NCBI GenBank assembly: GCA_048939995.1
Contig: JBHLOY010000001.1
Coordinates: forward strand, 256,001-320,000
Source of the DNA: Promethearchaeota archaeon
Lineage (GTDB): Archaea; Asgardarchaeota; Lokiarchaeia; Sigyniarchaeales; SOKP01
DNA: 64,000 nt
Direction: 5' to 3'
This document shows positions 30,365 to 40,134 of the stretch, piece after piece. Within the stretch, counting starts at the first letter, position 1. Every line of letters starts with the position of its first letter. Under the pieces are notes generated by a model. It was not told the origin of the DNA. It worked only from the letters and a program-made list of their open reading frames with translations, and made no database searches. The position numbers and the translations under genes were made by a program.

Positions 30365-31423
30365 TTAACCACCTCCCATTCCTAACTTTTTAAGTTTTTT
30401 AGTTTGGCGTTCGCCAAATAATTTAGTTATTGGAAAAGTAAAAAGAAAGTAAGTAATTGCTACAACCCCCATAGATAGCGCCCATAACTCGCGAAAACTC
30501 ACAGATACATAATAAGCTGCTCTTGTCATCTCAATAATTCCCACCTCAAATGCAAACGAAGAATCTTTAATAACGACAGCATATTCATTGGACCAGCTAG
30601 GTAAAGCGAGTCTGAGTGCTTGAGGCATTAATATGTGCCGGAAAGCTTGGAATCGGGTCATTCCCACCGAATATGCAGCCTCTATTTGCCCTGGATTCAC
30701 TGATAATATAGCCCCACGAAAGATTTGAGATTGATAAGCACCACTGCGAACAGCTAATGCTAAAACTACACTATTAAGTGGAGAAATATTTGGAATTCCA
30801 AAATAGAATAGGTAAATCAGAACTAGAAGTGGAATTCCTCTAAACAGCTTCTCATAACCGATTCCTACTATACGTAATTCTACACCTCCATAAACACGCA
30901 TAATTGCTAATGAAATGCCAAGAAGAAATCCGAATATTAGACCTAAAACAGTTAGGATTAGTGTTTGAGGTAAACCATTTATAACTATAAATAAAAAAAT
31001 GTAAGGAGGGGTTGCAATAAAGGAAAAAACAAACCCTAGTATAAGTGTAATAAAAAAAAGAATTAATTGAATGACTATAACAAAAACAATTGATTCTCTA
31101 AATTCCTTTTTATAAATCAACATAATGACAAAAATGCCAATTAAAATGTTAATACTAGTACTAATTATTTCTGGAATAATATTCTCGTAGAATAGTGGGA
31201 AAAGTGCATAAAGAGTTGGAATATCTTTTATTAACCATACTATATTGACTATAGCTGATGTTTTGAGGGAGGTATCCCATACATTTGAATAGGGCTTATG
31301 CTTTTTCCTAGCATACCATCTCATTAATAAAATTCCAATCAAAAAGAGAATACACGGAATGATAATGCTTTTAAGATTACTTATTATTAAAGCAATATAT
31401 CCTAAATTTACTTGAAATAACAT
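30365..31423 (-). CDS. Polar amino acid ABC permease with extra N-terminal membrane domain
   Basis: C-terminal FRGIPLL, AY.SQIFRG, GQIEAA, MPQALR; about 140 aa hydrophobic extension. Confidence 0.88.
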   Translation of the reverse strand: MLFQVNLGYIALIISNLKSIIIPCILFLIGILLMRWYARKKHKPYSNVWDTSLKTSAIVNIVWLIKDIPTLYALFPLFYENIIPEIISTSINILIGIFVIMLIYKKEFRESIVFVIVIQLILFFITLILGFVFSFIATPPYIFLFIVINGLPQTLILTVLGLIFGFLLGISLAIMRVYGGVELRIVGIGYEKLFRGIPLLVLIYLFYFGIPNISPLNSVVLALAVRSGAYQSQIFRGAILSVNPGQIEAAYSVGMTRFQAFRHILMPQALRLALPSWSNEYAVVIKDSSFAFEVGIIEMTRAAYYVSVSFRELWALSMGVVAITYFLFTFPITKLFGERQTKKLKKLGMGGG

Positions 31424-31504
31424 CTTAGAGTTTTTAATTTTATGTATATTTGATGAATATTAACTAAATAAATAAAAAAAAATTAATAAAGTTTGGAATT
31501 ACAA

Positions 31505-32302
31505 TTAGGCTGTAAAATTGAACCATTTCTGGAGACTATCATACATCCTTCCATCTAAAAAACTATCAAGTATAACGTTATTGATCTCATACATAAGTTC
31601 TGGCTCTCCATATCTGGTCCAAAGTGCAAACTCCTCTGTCCCTGTCCGAAGAATAACCTTGAGATCATACGTTTGTGACCAAGAAAGATAAACAGGTTCG
31701 TCTACATATACCGCTTCGATTGCTCCTCCAATTAAAGCTAACATCATTGCATCAACTGCAATATATTCTGTATATGTAGTCACTCCAGCAGCTATTATAT
31801 CTGCTAAAAGTGTTGAACCAGATTGAACACCTACGTTAGTTCCCTCAAGATCAGATAAATTTCCTATTACCAATACTGAATCATTCTTTACGACAACCGC
31901 TTGACCTACAGTAATGTATGTGATTGATGCCGCAAGATAGGTGGATCGATTTTCGGTGTATGTCATAGCCGCTGCAATCATATCAATTTGACCAGCAGCA
32001 CAAGAAGCAATTAATCCACCAAAAGATCGATCACTCCATTGAATAGTCACACCAATTTCATCAGCAATCCAGTTACATACATCTACATCAAAACCCTCAA
32101 TCTGGCTTGTAGAAATGTTTACAAACTCGAATGGGGGATAATCAGTACTGGTTCCAATTATCATATAACCTCGGGATTTAATTGTATCAAGTAATGAAGT
32201 GCGTGGGGCACCACCAATAAGGGGTGAGGGAATAAACCAACCGCCAAGTAGTCCTCCAACTAAACAAATGGCCATTCCTAGCACTGCTAATTCTCTTTTC
32301 AT
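31505..32302 (-). CDS. Polar amino acid ABC substrate-binding protein (family 3)
   Basis: N-terminal membrane anchor; DYPPFE, GFDVD, AMT.TENR, GVQSGS. Confidence 0.92.
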   Translation of the reverse strand: MKRELAVLGMAICLVGGLLGGWFIPSPLIGGAPRTSLLDTIKSRGYMIIGTSTDYPPFEFVNISTSQIEGFDVDVCNWIADEIGVTIQWSDRSFGGLIASCAAGQIDMIAAAMTYTENRSTYLAASITYITVGQAVVVKNDSVLVIGNLSDLEGTNVGVQSGSTLLADIIAAGVTTYTEYIAVDAMMLALIGGAIEAVYVDEPVYLSWSQTYDLKVILRTGTEEFALWTRYGEPELMYEINNVILDSFLDGRMYDSLQKWFNFTA

Positions 32303-32481
32303 ATAATTATCATCTCTACTTTTTTAATTTTCTATAATTATAATTTTTGGATAAATTCTGATGGGGATATAATTCTCAAGTAGATATATAAAGATTTCTG
32401 TTACTGGGTTGAATATACCAATTATTGTTAATTCAAGATTTGAATTCCCAATAGAAAGATCTAGTTATAAAATGAAAAAAA

Positions 32482-32853
32482 TTATTTACTTTTTAATACA
32501 ATTGCTATTGCTCTTGTTAGACGAATCACTTCCATAACCTTACCTTTTTCAACAGTAATTTGTTCTCGGGAAATAGCATGAGTAAAATCTCCTTTTCCTT
32601 CACAAATTCTCGCTATTGCCGCAGAATCTCCAGACATTATGACTTCTGCATCGGGTTTAATACCTTTAGATAATTTGATTTTCCGATTTATGATCTCTAA
32701 AAAGAAAGGATCTTCATTATCAAGATTGAATTGAAATGACATTTCCCAGCTAATATCTTTTCCTGCAATATTAGTAACAAAAACATCTTGTGCTTTTGGA
32801 TTTTTATTCAAATTATCAATTATCTTATTTAAATAATCTATTGCTCTTTCCAT
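32482..32853 (-). CDS. Stand-alone SCP2-like domain protein
   Basis: FQF.L, DAEVIM.......I..GK.D...A.....I.V..G pattern of SCP2. Confidence 0.75.
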   Translation of the reverse strand: MERAIDYLNKIIDNLNKNPKAQDVFVTNIAGKDISWEMSFQFNLDNEDPFFLEIINRKIKLSKGIKPDAEVIMSGDSAAIARICEGKGDFTHAISREQITVEKGKVMEVIRLTRAIAIVLKSK

Positions 32854-32855
32854 AA

Positions 32856-33350
32856 TTAATCTCCTCCTTCATATTCCGGTTTTGATGTCCATTTATCATA
32901 TTCATCTTCAGGTACAAAGAAAAAATCTGTCATTTTTCCTTCTCTTTCTTTACTAAAAACCGCTCTGACTCTTTTCCCCTTTCTTATTTTTGATGGAACT
33001 AGATTTTCAGAAAATATGCCTTGAAGTAGAGCTGTTTCTGCTCCATCTAGCTTTATAAATCCTATACCATATGGTATTGCTTTTATAAACGCTGAAGTAG
33101 TATACCATACTATCGTGCTGACTTCTATGGTTCCAGTTTGTTTTAGTTCCACCCAATCTGCGGGAGAATAGCAATCTGAACAATTGATCCTCGGAGGCAT
33201 CCATGTCTTACCACAATTATTACATTTTGTGCCTAATAATTTCTTGTTATTCATTAGTTCAATAAAGAATTTGGATTGTCCTCCCATTGTATATTTATAA
33301 TCAATTTTTATTTTATCTCTGATTTGATGATCTTGAAATTCTTTACTCAT
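32856..33350 (-). CDS. DUF35 Zn-ribbon/OB-fold protein
   Basis: GTKCNNCG..MPPRINCSDC, LDGAET, GKRVRAVF. Confidence 0.9.
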   Translation of the reverse strand: MSKEFQDHQIRDKIKIDYKYTMGGQSKFFIELMNNKKLLGTKCNNCGKTWMPPRINCSDCYSPADWVELKQTGTIEVSTIVWYTTSAFIKAIPYGIGFIKLDGAETALLQGIFSENLVPSKIRKGKRVRAVFSKEREGKMTDFFFVPEDEYDKWTSKPEYEGGD

Positions 33351-34615
33351 TTCTTCAACCCCTCCTCATTTGCCATTACAATTACTGCGGCATATGCCGC
33401 TCCAGGACCCCCTATTGAATGGGCAATTGATCTGCCTTTTTCAATTGCCACTTGATGTTTACCAGCTTCTCCTCTTAATTGCAAAGCAGCTTCCCCAGTA
33501 CTCATAATACCAGTGGCACCAACCGCATGTCCACATCCAATTAAACCACCAGAAGGGCAACATGGGAGTTCTCCCTCTAACCAGGGACCTTCGCCTGACT
33601 TTTCAAAGGTTTTCTCAATCCAAGGGCCACCCTCTCCAAATGGAACAAATCCAAGCTCTTCATAGGAAATTACCTCTTGCCCCGAGAAAGCATCATGAAG
33701 TTCAGCGCAATCGATTTGCTTCTTTATGTTTTTATAATCTAAACCCCCCATTTTATATGCAGCCTTTGCAGCATAGATATTTGAGTACAATCTGCCCATA
33801 TCTTCTCGATTGCCAATAAAACAATCAGTATTTGCTGCAGCTACTCCAGTAACCCAAATTGGTTTCTCAACCTTAAGTTCTTTTACTTTTTGTTCATTTG
33901 CCAAAATTAATGCTGCTGAAGCCTCTGAATAAAGACAGCAATCCAATAATTTAAAAGGATAACATATGATTCTTGAATAAAGTACATCTTCCACCGTTAT
34001 TTCCATAGGAGATTGAGCTTTTGGATTTAACATAGCGTTACTATGATTTTTAACACTGACGTATGCCATTTGTTCTTCAGTAGGGTTCCCAAATTCTTCA
34101 TAATGTGCATTTACCATGGAAACATATGAACTTGCTGCCATCATACCCATTGGATATTCATAGGTCATATCAGCTGAATAAGCAATAGCATTTAAAACTT
34201 CAGGAGTAGTAGTACCCGTCTGTTCATCATAACAATCATTACATTTCTCAAGCCCTATACATAAACATAGATCACTCAACCCTGATGCTACTTCTGCAAA
34301 TGCCATTCTCACAGTATATCCTCCAGTTGCTCCACCAGTTGCTACTCTGGTGCCGGGTTTATTATTCAATCCTAAATAACTGTTAGTAAAGATATCTGGC
34401 ATAAATTGACGCTCAAAGAGTTCATTATAAATACCATAGACAGAAGATTGAAGGTCATTGTGAGTTATTTCTGCTCCATTCTTATTTGCATCTTCTAAAG
34501 CCAATTTTGTAGCATCATAAGCAAGCTCAAAGTAAGTTTTATCTAAATATCTTGCTCTAAAAGGAGTTATTCCTATACCTATAATTGCTACTTTTTGCAA
34601 AATTTTTTCACTCAA
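33347..34615 (-). CDS. Thiolase-fold protein lacking the nucleophilic Cys
   Basis: RVATGGATGG at the CASG site, AELHDAF, GCGHAVGATG. Confidence 0.85.
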   Translation of the reverse strand: MSEKILQKVAIIGIGITPFRARYLDKTYFELAYDATKLALEDANKNGAEITHNDLQSSVYGIYNELFERQFMPDIFTNSYLGLNNKPGTRVATGGATGGYTVRMAFAEVASGLSDLCLCIGLEKCNDCYDEQTGTTTPEVLNAIAYSADMTYEYPMGMMAASSYVSMVNAHYEEFGNPTEEQMAYVSVKNHSNAMLNPKAQSPMEITVEDVLYSRIICYPFKLLDCCLYSEASAALILANEQKVKELKVEKPIWVTGVAAANTDCFIGNREDMGRLYSNIYAAKAAYKMGGLDYKNIKKQIDCAELHDAFSGQEVISYEELGFVPFGEGGPWIEKTFEKSGEGPWLEGELPCCPSGGLIGCGHAVGATGIMSTGEAALQLRGEAGKHQVAIEKGRSIAHSIGGPGAAYAAVIVMANEEGLKK

Positions 34616-34735
34616 TTATTTTTTTAGAATAATTAGTGATTGGTTTTTATAGTATTTAATTATTAAAAGAAGGGTTTTTTTTTCATTACATTAATAAAAT
34701 TTTTACAAAATAACGAATAATGAGAATTATAATCT

Positions 34736-35530
34736 ATGTCTCGTCTTAATAATTGGACCGAACATTATTTTGATACCCAAGGAAGTCATATTCGGTATTT
34801 TCGCACTGCTGGAGATAAACCATCAATGATATTACTCCATGGGGCAATGGATAATGGTTTGTGTTGGTCAAGAGTTGCGAAAGCATTAGAAAATGATTTT
34901 GACATTGTAATGCCAGATGCGCGGGGACATGGGAAATCTATTTCTTATCAAAAAGAATTCACTTTATCGGATATAGTTGATGACACAGCAGAATTAATTA
35001 AACATTTAAAATTTACTCCCGCAATTGTTATGGGGCATTCTATGGGAGCACAGGTGGCTACTGAACTTGGTGCCCGATACCCAAACTTTGTAAAAAAACT
35101 CATTTTAGAAGATCCTGGCTATTTTTTCAAAAATCCAACATTTTTAGATTTATGGTATTATAAACGGAGAATTCGAAGAATTAAAAGGAGCTCTCTCGTT
35201 CAAATTCGAGAATTTTGCGATAAAATTCACAGAGATTGGCAAGAGGTTGATAAGAGACTATGGCTTATAGCTCAAAAAGAATGGGCTGAAAATAAATCTA
35301 AGACGAAATCTTTCGATCCAAAAAGGAATTGGCATGAAATTTTTCCAAGAGTGAAATCACCCACTTTACTTCTTATTTCTGAAAAAGGTATAGTTCAAAG
35401 GCCAGAAGTAGAACAATATATTACTGAATTTGTTAATGCTAAATATCAATTTATAGAAAATGCAGGGCACCATATACATCGAGAAAATTTCAAAGCATTT
35501 ATGAAGAATGTACAAGATTTTTTGAATTAA
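34736..35530 (+). CDS. Alpha/beta hydrolase (esterase/lipase-like)
   Basis: LLHG, DARGHG, GHSMG nucleophile elbow, AGH. Confidence 0.9.
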   Translation: MSRLNNWTEHYFDTQGSHIRYFRTAGDKPSMILLHGAMDNGLCWSRVAKALENDFDIVMPDARGHGKSISYQKEFTLSDIVDDTAELIKHLKFTPAIVMGHSMGAQVATELGARYPNFVKKLILEDPGYFFKNPTFLDLWYYKRRIRRIKRSSLVQIREFCDKIHRDWQEVDKRLWLIAQKEWAENKSKTKSFDPKRNWHEIFPRVKSPTLLLISEKGIVQRPEVEQYITEFVNAKYQFIENAGHHIHRENFKAFMKNVQDFLN

Positions 35531-35852
35531 GAATTAGTGAATATCCTAATTATAGTTGACATCGTTATATTTATATTTCTTTAGGAAGATGCAGATTAAA
35601 AAGTATATAAGAAAAATTCTCTTAGTTAGATAGTATTCCGAGTTGAAAACAAAATATAAAAAGGAAACCTAAAATGAAAGATATATTTGAAAAAGTTGAA
35701 AGCGTTGTTGAAGAATTAAGAAAAGCAAGAAATAGTCAAGACTAATTTTTTCGAATAATTAGATTGAATTCAAAAAGAAAAATGGAAAACAAAATACTTA
35801 AAAATTTAAAGATTCAATAATGCATAATTAAAATGATAGATGAGTAATTATA

Positions 35853-37535
35853 ATGTCTTGGGAAGAATTTAAAACGGTTCCTCATACAATTAATGGGGTT
35901 GTAGAGAAATGGGCTAAAGAAAAGCCAGATAAAGTTGCGTTAATTTTTTATGATACAGAAAAGAAATATACTTTTAAAGATTTTAACAATGCTATAACTA
36001 TAATGGCATTTAAACTTTACAATTTAGGATTACGAAAGGGAGACATAATCGCAACCTCCTTACCTTTTCTTTATGAACATATAGTATTAGGCTATGCTTG
36101 TGCAAAACTAGGAGTAATGTGGTGTCCTATGGATTTACGCTTAAAGCCCCCTGAAATTATGAGGAACTTGAGTTTATTGAAAGAAAAATGTAAAATGTAT
36201 TGCCATTTAGGTAAAACATCTGTTGCAAACTTTGGTATGATTGGGGCTGCTGTCATGAAAAATAATCCCTGGCTAAAATACGTCATCCAATTTAGTTCTC
36301 CTGATGATAAATATCGGAAAGGAATTATCCCCGCATTTGAGTTAATACAAGAAGCCCAAAAGGACTTTGAAAAAGCACAAACGGACTCTAAAATTATGAA
36401 AGAATTTATAGTAGAATGTGATAAAGTAGGGGAGGATGATCCAATATTAATCATATTTACCACAGGATCTACGGGATATCCAAAACCTGCTATGTTAACA
36501 AACAAGGGAATCACGTGCCAGAATATGTGTTTAGCAAAGGGGCTTTACTCCGAAGAGGATGATATCATGTTAGTTAATTTACCACCGTCACATGTAGGAG
36601 GGACAACAGAACAATTTATGACTCCAATTTTTAAGGGTGGAGGAGTGGTTATACTTCATATTTTTGATTCCGCAAAAAGTCTTGATGCCATTCAAAAATA
36701 TAAGGTTACTATTATGGGACAAATTCCTGCGTTATTTGTAATGGAATGGAGGCTTCCTAATTTTGATGAGTATGATCTTAGTTCTTTAAAATATGCGATT
36801 GCAGCAGGTCAACCAGTTGATAAACCATTCTTGGAGCGATTAACAAAAATGGCTCCAAATTTGTTTACTGGGCTTGGATTAACTGAAACTTCGGGATTTT
36901 GTTCCTATACCCCCACAGATCTTACTTTGGATGAATTTACGGGTACTTTAGGCTATGATTTTCCAATTTACCCGATGTCTATTAGAAAACCAATGAAAGT
37001 AGATGGAAGCGCTGGAGAAGAATTACAAGAAGGAGAGATTGGAGAAATCTGCTATAAAGGACCTCAAACATTTTTAGGATATTTCGGAAACGAAGAGGCA
37101 ACACGTAAGACCTTATCAACAGATGGGTATCTCTATTCAGGAGATATGGGCTATATTGATGTAAAAGGGCTCCATCTTGCAGGGCGAAGAAAGTTTCTTA
37201 TTAAACCGAAAGGGTATCAGGTCTTTCCTCCGGAAGTTGAGGCTTATGTCGCAGAATTACCACAAGTAGAGTTTGTGGGAGCAATTGGTGCTAAACATGA
37301 GATCTTTACTGAAGGAATCGTCGTCTATATTAAATTAAAAAAAGGACAAACCCTCACAGAACAAGAGGTATTGGAACACTGTAAGGGGATGGCATCCTAT
37401 AAAAGACCCTCAATGGTTGTATTTTTGGATGAATTTCCGCTTAATCGTGTAGCAAAAACGGATTATGTAGCCTTACAATCTAGAGTTGATGAGGATGTTC
37501 AAGCTGCAAGAGCACAAGGCGGCTGGGATAGCTAA
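35853..37535 (+). CDS. Acyl-CoA synthetase (class I adenylate-forming)
   Basis: FTTGSTGYPK, GLTETSG, SGDMG, GR.K. Confidence 0.9.
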   Translation: MSWEEFKTVPHTINGVVEKWAKEKPDKVALIFYDTEKKYTFKDFNNAITIMAFKLYNLGLRKGDIIATSLPFLYEHIVLGYACAKLGVMWCPMDLRLKPPEIMRNLSLLKEKCKMYCHLGKTSVANFGMIGAAVMKNNPWLKYVIQFSSPDDKYRKGIIPAFELIQEAQKDFEKAQTDSKIMKEFIVECDKVGEDDPILIIFTTGSTGYPKPAMLTNKGITCQNMCLAKGLYSEEDDIMLVNLPPSHVGGTTEQFMTPIFKGGGVVILHIFDSAKSLDAIQKYKVTIMGQIPALFVMEWRLPNFDEYDLSSLKYAIAAGQPVDKPFLERLTKMAPNLFTGLGLTETSGFCSYTPTDLTLDEFTGTLGYDFPIYPMSIRKPMKVDGSAGEELQEGEIGEICYKGPQTFLGYFGNEEATRKTLSTDGYLYSGDMGYIDVKGLHLAGRRKFLIKPKGYQVFPPEVEAYVAELPQVEFVGAIGAKHEIFTEGIVVYIKLKKGQTLTEQEVLEHCKGMASYKRPSMVVFLDEFPLNRVAKTDYVALQSRVDEDVQAARAQGGWDS

Positions 37536-37585
37536 CACTCTCTCATTAAAAATTTGTTTTTTTAATAAAAATATCATATTTATCA

Positions 37586-38179
37586 TTACATTATGCATTT
37601 TTTCAAGAGTAGAATGCTTTCTTCTCTTGCCTTTAATAAAGTTCTTTCTTCTATACCTTCCATCTCTATTTTATGTAAAATCTTTTCTTTCAATACCTTT
37701 TTATACCATAAGTACTCGTCCTTTCTGCTAATAAATGGGTTTACTTTCCGTGTTTCAATGAATTTTTCAATTGAGGTCTTTTTACCATTGTTATTTCCTT
37801 CTGTGAGATCAAATCTATATTCTTTGTAGACTAAAAAGCAGTGGACCATAGGAACATAGGGGATGCTATATTTTTTTAAAATTTCCTGAGCTCCTGTAGT
37901 AATCTCTTCAGTAAATTTATATACACCCACATTTTTATGAAGTGGAATATCAAGTTCTCTGGCAAGACCCGCAATAATAGCATGTTTGGTGGTGCATGTA
38001 CCCTTATTTTCCTTAAATAAAATCAAATCATCTTCATAGGTCGAATTATAGCCATACTCTATTTCATGAATATATTTACACGCTTCCTTAAACGATTTAA
38101 TACCCAACTCTAAAAACTTCTTCGATAATTCTCCTTGAGGTATTATCTTACCATCAGGCAGATAATCATACGAATCCAT
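37586..38179 (-). CDS. Hypothetical protein, possible transglutaminase-like fold
   Basis: GTCTTKHA ... VHCFL ... FDLT give a Cys/His/Asp order. Confidence 0.55.
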   Translation of the reverse strand: MDSYDYLPDGKIIPQGELSKKFLELGIKSFKEACKYIHEIEYGYNSTYEDDLILFKENKGTCTTKHAIIAGLARELDIPLHKNVGVYKFTEEITTGAQEILKKYSIPYVPMVHCFLVYKEYRFDLTEGNNNGKKTSIEKFIETRKVNPFISRKDEYLWYKKVLKEKILHKIEMEGIEERTLLKAREESILLLKKCIM

Positions 38180-38404
38180 AATTTCAATGAGTTTATTCTC
38201 TCATTTATTTTGATCCTATATATTATATAAAGAAAATTATCAAATAGATTATTTTTAATTAGTAGTATGATCAACAATACCTTGCTAATATTCGTAATTC
38301 ATTCACTAAGATGTCACAAATTATCAGTATTATATAGATAATTTTTTTAAGTGCTAAAGTGTAATCTTAACCATAATTATTGGTATTTTAGAAGTGAATA
38401 TTAA

Positions 38405-39427
38405 ATGATTAAAACGCGAATAACAGAAATGTTTGGATTAAAATATCCTATTGTTAGTGCTCCAATGGGTCCTTTCTATACGACTGAATTATGTGTCGCT
38501 ATTTCTGAGGTTGGAGGTTTAGGTGTAGTAAGTCATGCTACACTAAGAGGAAAGAATTCATTAGAAGATATGAAGAAACAATTGGAATATGTAATTGAAC
38601 ATACTGACAAACCATTTGGGGTAAATGTTCGAACAGCGAGAATTCAAACAGATCATAAAATTATGTTAAGAAAGATTACTCAATGGTGTAAAGAGAACTC
38701 TAGATTACGTGAGCAGTTAGTATATTTTCTTACAAGTGCAGGAGGGGCTAGATTTGCTAGTCGGATTTTAAAGGAAAAAGCACCGCAAATTAAACATTTC
38801 CACGTAGGACCTGCTTTATGGTTAATTGATAAGATTGTTAATGTAGGATGTGATGGAATTGTGGCTACTGGTACTGAAGGAGGAGGACATCAAAGTTATG
38901 AAGGTATTAGTACTCTTGTTTTAGTACAAGAAGCAGTTAGGAAATATCCTAATATTCCATTAGTCGCTTGTGGGGGTTTTTCTAGTCCAGAGGGAGTGGC
39001 TGCAGGATTAGCGATGGGAGCTGATGCTATTGCAATGGGTACTAGATTTATTGCTTCTAATCAAAGTGAATTTCACCCAAATTACAAGGCTCTTATTCCT
39101 CCAGCATCATCTAAGGATACGTTATTAACAACTGGAGGATTTGGACCTATTAGATTATTAAAAAATAAATATGCTTTAGAGCATGGAAAGGTCATTTCAA
39201 AAGAGCAGAAAATTTCTCAAGAATTAGCATACGAAATGGATGAGTACTTAAAAGATCTTTATGCTTACGAAATAGTATATACCAAAGGAGATGTGGAGAG
39301 TGGAGCAGTACCCGTCGGTCAAACATGTGGCCTTATTGATTCAATAATGGATGTGGATGACATCATAAGTAGTTTCAGTGATGGAGCAGAAAAATTATTA
39401 AAGAGATTATGCTCTCAAATTTCTTAA
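38405..39427 (+). CDS. Nitronate monooxygenase / FabK-like FMN oxidoreductase
   Basis: YPIV.APM, KPFGVN, G.EGGGH, ACGG, GADAIAMGTRF, GQ..GLI. Confidence 0.9.
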   Translation: MIKTRITEMFGLKYPIVSAPMGPFYTTELCVAISEVGGLGVVSHATLRGKNSLEDMKKQLEYVIEHTDKPFGVNVRTARIQTDHKIMLRKITQWCKENSRLREQLVYFLTSAGGARFASRILKEKAPQIKHFHVGPALWLIDKIVNVGCDGIVATGTEGGGHQSYEGISTLVLVQEAVRKYPNIPLVACGGFSSPEGVAAGLAMGADAIAMGTRFIASNQSEFHPNYKALIPPASSKDTLLTTGGFGPIRLLKNKYALEHGKVISKEQKISQELAYEMDEYLKDLYAYEIVYTKGDVESGAVPVGQTCGLIDSIMDVDDIISSFSDGAEKLLKRLCSQIS

Positions 39428-39470
39428 CTCTCTATTACCACCAAACTCGTTTTATTTTAAAAGAATGCAA

Positions 39471-40082
39471 TTAAAAGTTCTTCCAAAATTTAGGAAATAG
39501 AGCTCCTGTATTTTTTTTGTATATTAGATAATTTTGGCCAAATTTCTTTATTAAATCTTTTTCTTCAAAATATATAACAATGGGAGTAATAAGCATCATT
39601 AATAATGCGATCCAGATTAGTAGGAATAGAGAATTTATTATTAAACAAAATATAAAAAACATTAGTATTGAACCAGAAATCTGAGGATGTCTGATATATT
39701 TATAAATACCTCCATACATTTGAGTTTCTCTAGATGTTTCAACACTTTCTTTTCCGGCGTCTCTTAATGCTTTTATAAGAATATAAAAAGAAGGAATAGA
39801 AATTAAAATAGATATTATTACTAAAATTAGGTAATTATCTAGAATTTTCCAATTAAGGGAAGAAATAGGGAACCAAATCCATATAAAAATTGTTATGATA
39901 AGGATTAAAAATAGAATATCTGATAGTAATCTAAAGATATTGCTCTGTTTCCACACTTTTGCTCCGATTTTCTCTTCACGAGTGAATGGGATTACACTTA
40001 AACCATAAAACAAGAAGCTTAAAATAACACTCAAGTTCAAGATTACAAAGTTTATCCAACCTATTAATTCAGCTAAATTCAT
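39471..40082 (-). CDS. Isoprenylcysteine carboxyl-methyltransferase/PEMT-family membrane protein
   Basis: GIYKYIRHP, EEKDL...FG..Y..Y....LFP. Confidence 0.8.
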   Translation of the reverse strand: MNLAELIGWINFVILNLSVILSFLFYGLSVIPFTREEKIGAKVWKQSNIFRLLSDILFLILIITIFIWIWFPISSLNWKILDNYLILVIISILISIPSFYILIKALRDAGKESVETSRETQMYGGIYKYIRHPQISGSILMFFIFCLIINSLFLLIWIALLMMLITPIVIYFEEKDLIKKFGQNYLIYKKNTGALFPKFWKNF

Positions 40083-40134
40083 AATAAATAATATGCCTTA
40101 GGTTAAATAAAAATATAAAATAATGAAAAATTTG

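Noticed and set aside
35674-35745. 23-aa ORF MKDIFEKVESVVEELRKARNSQD in a long intergenic gap
   Set aside because: Looks like a decayed gene end; too short to support
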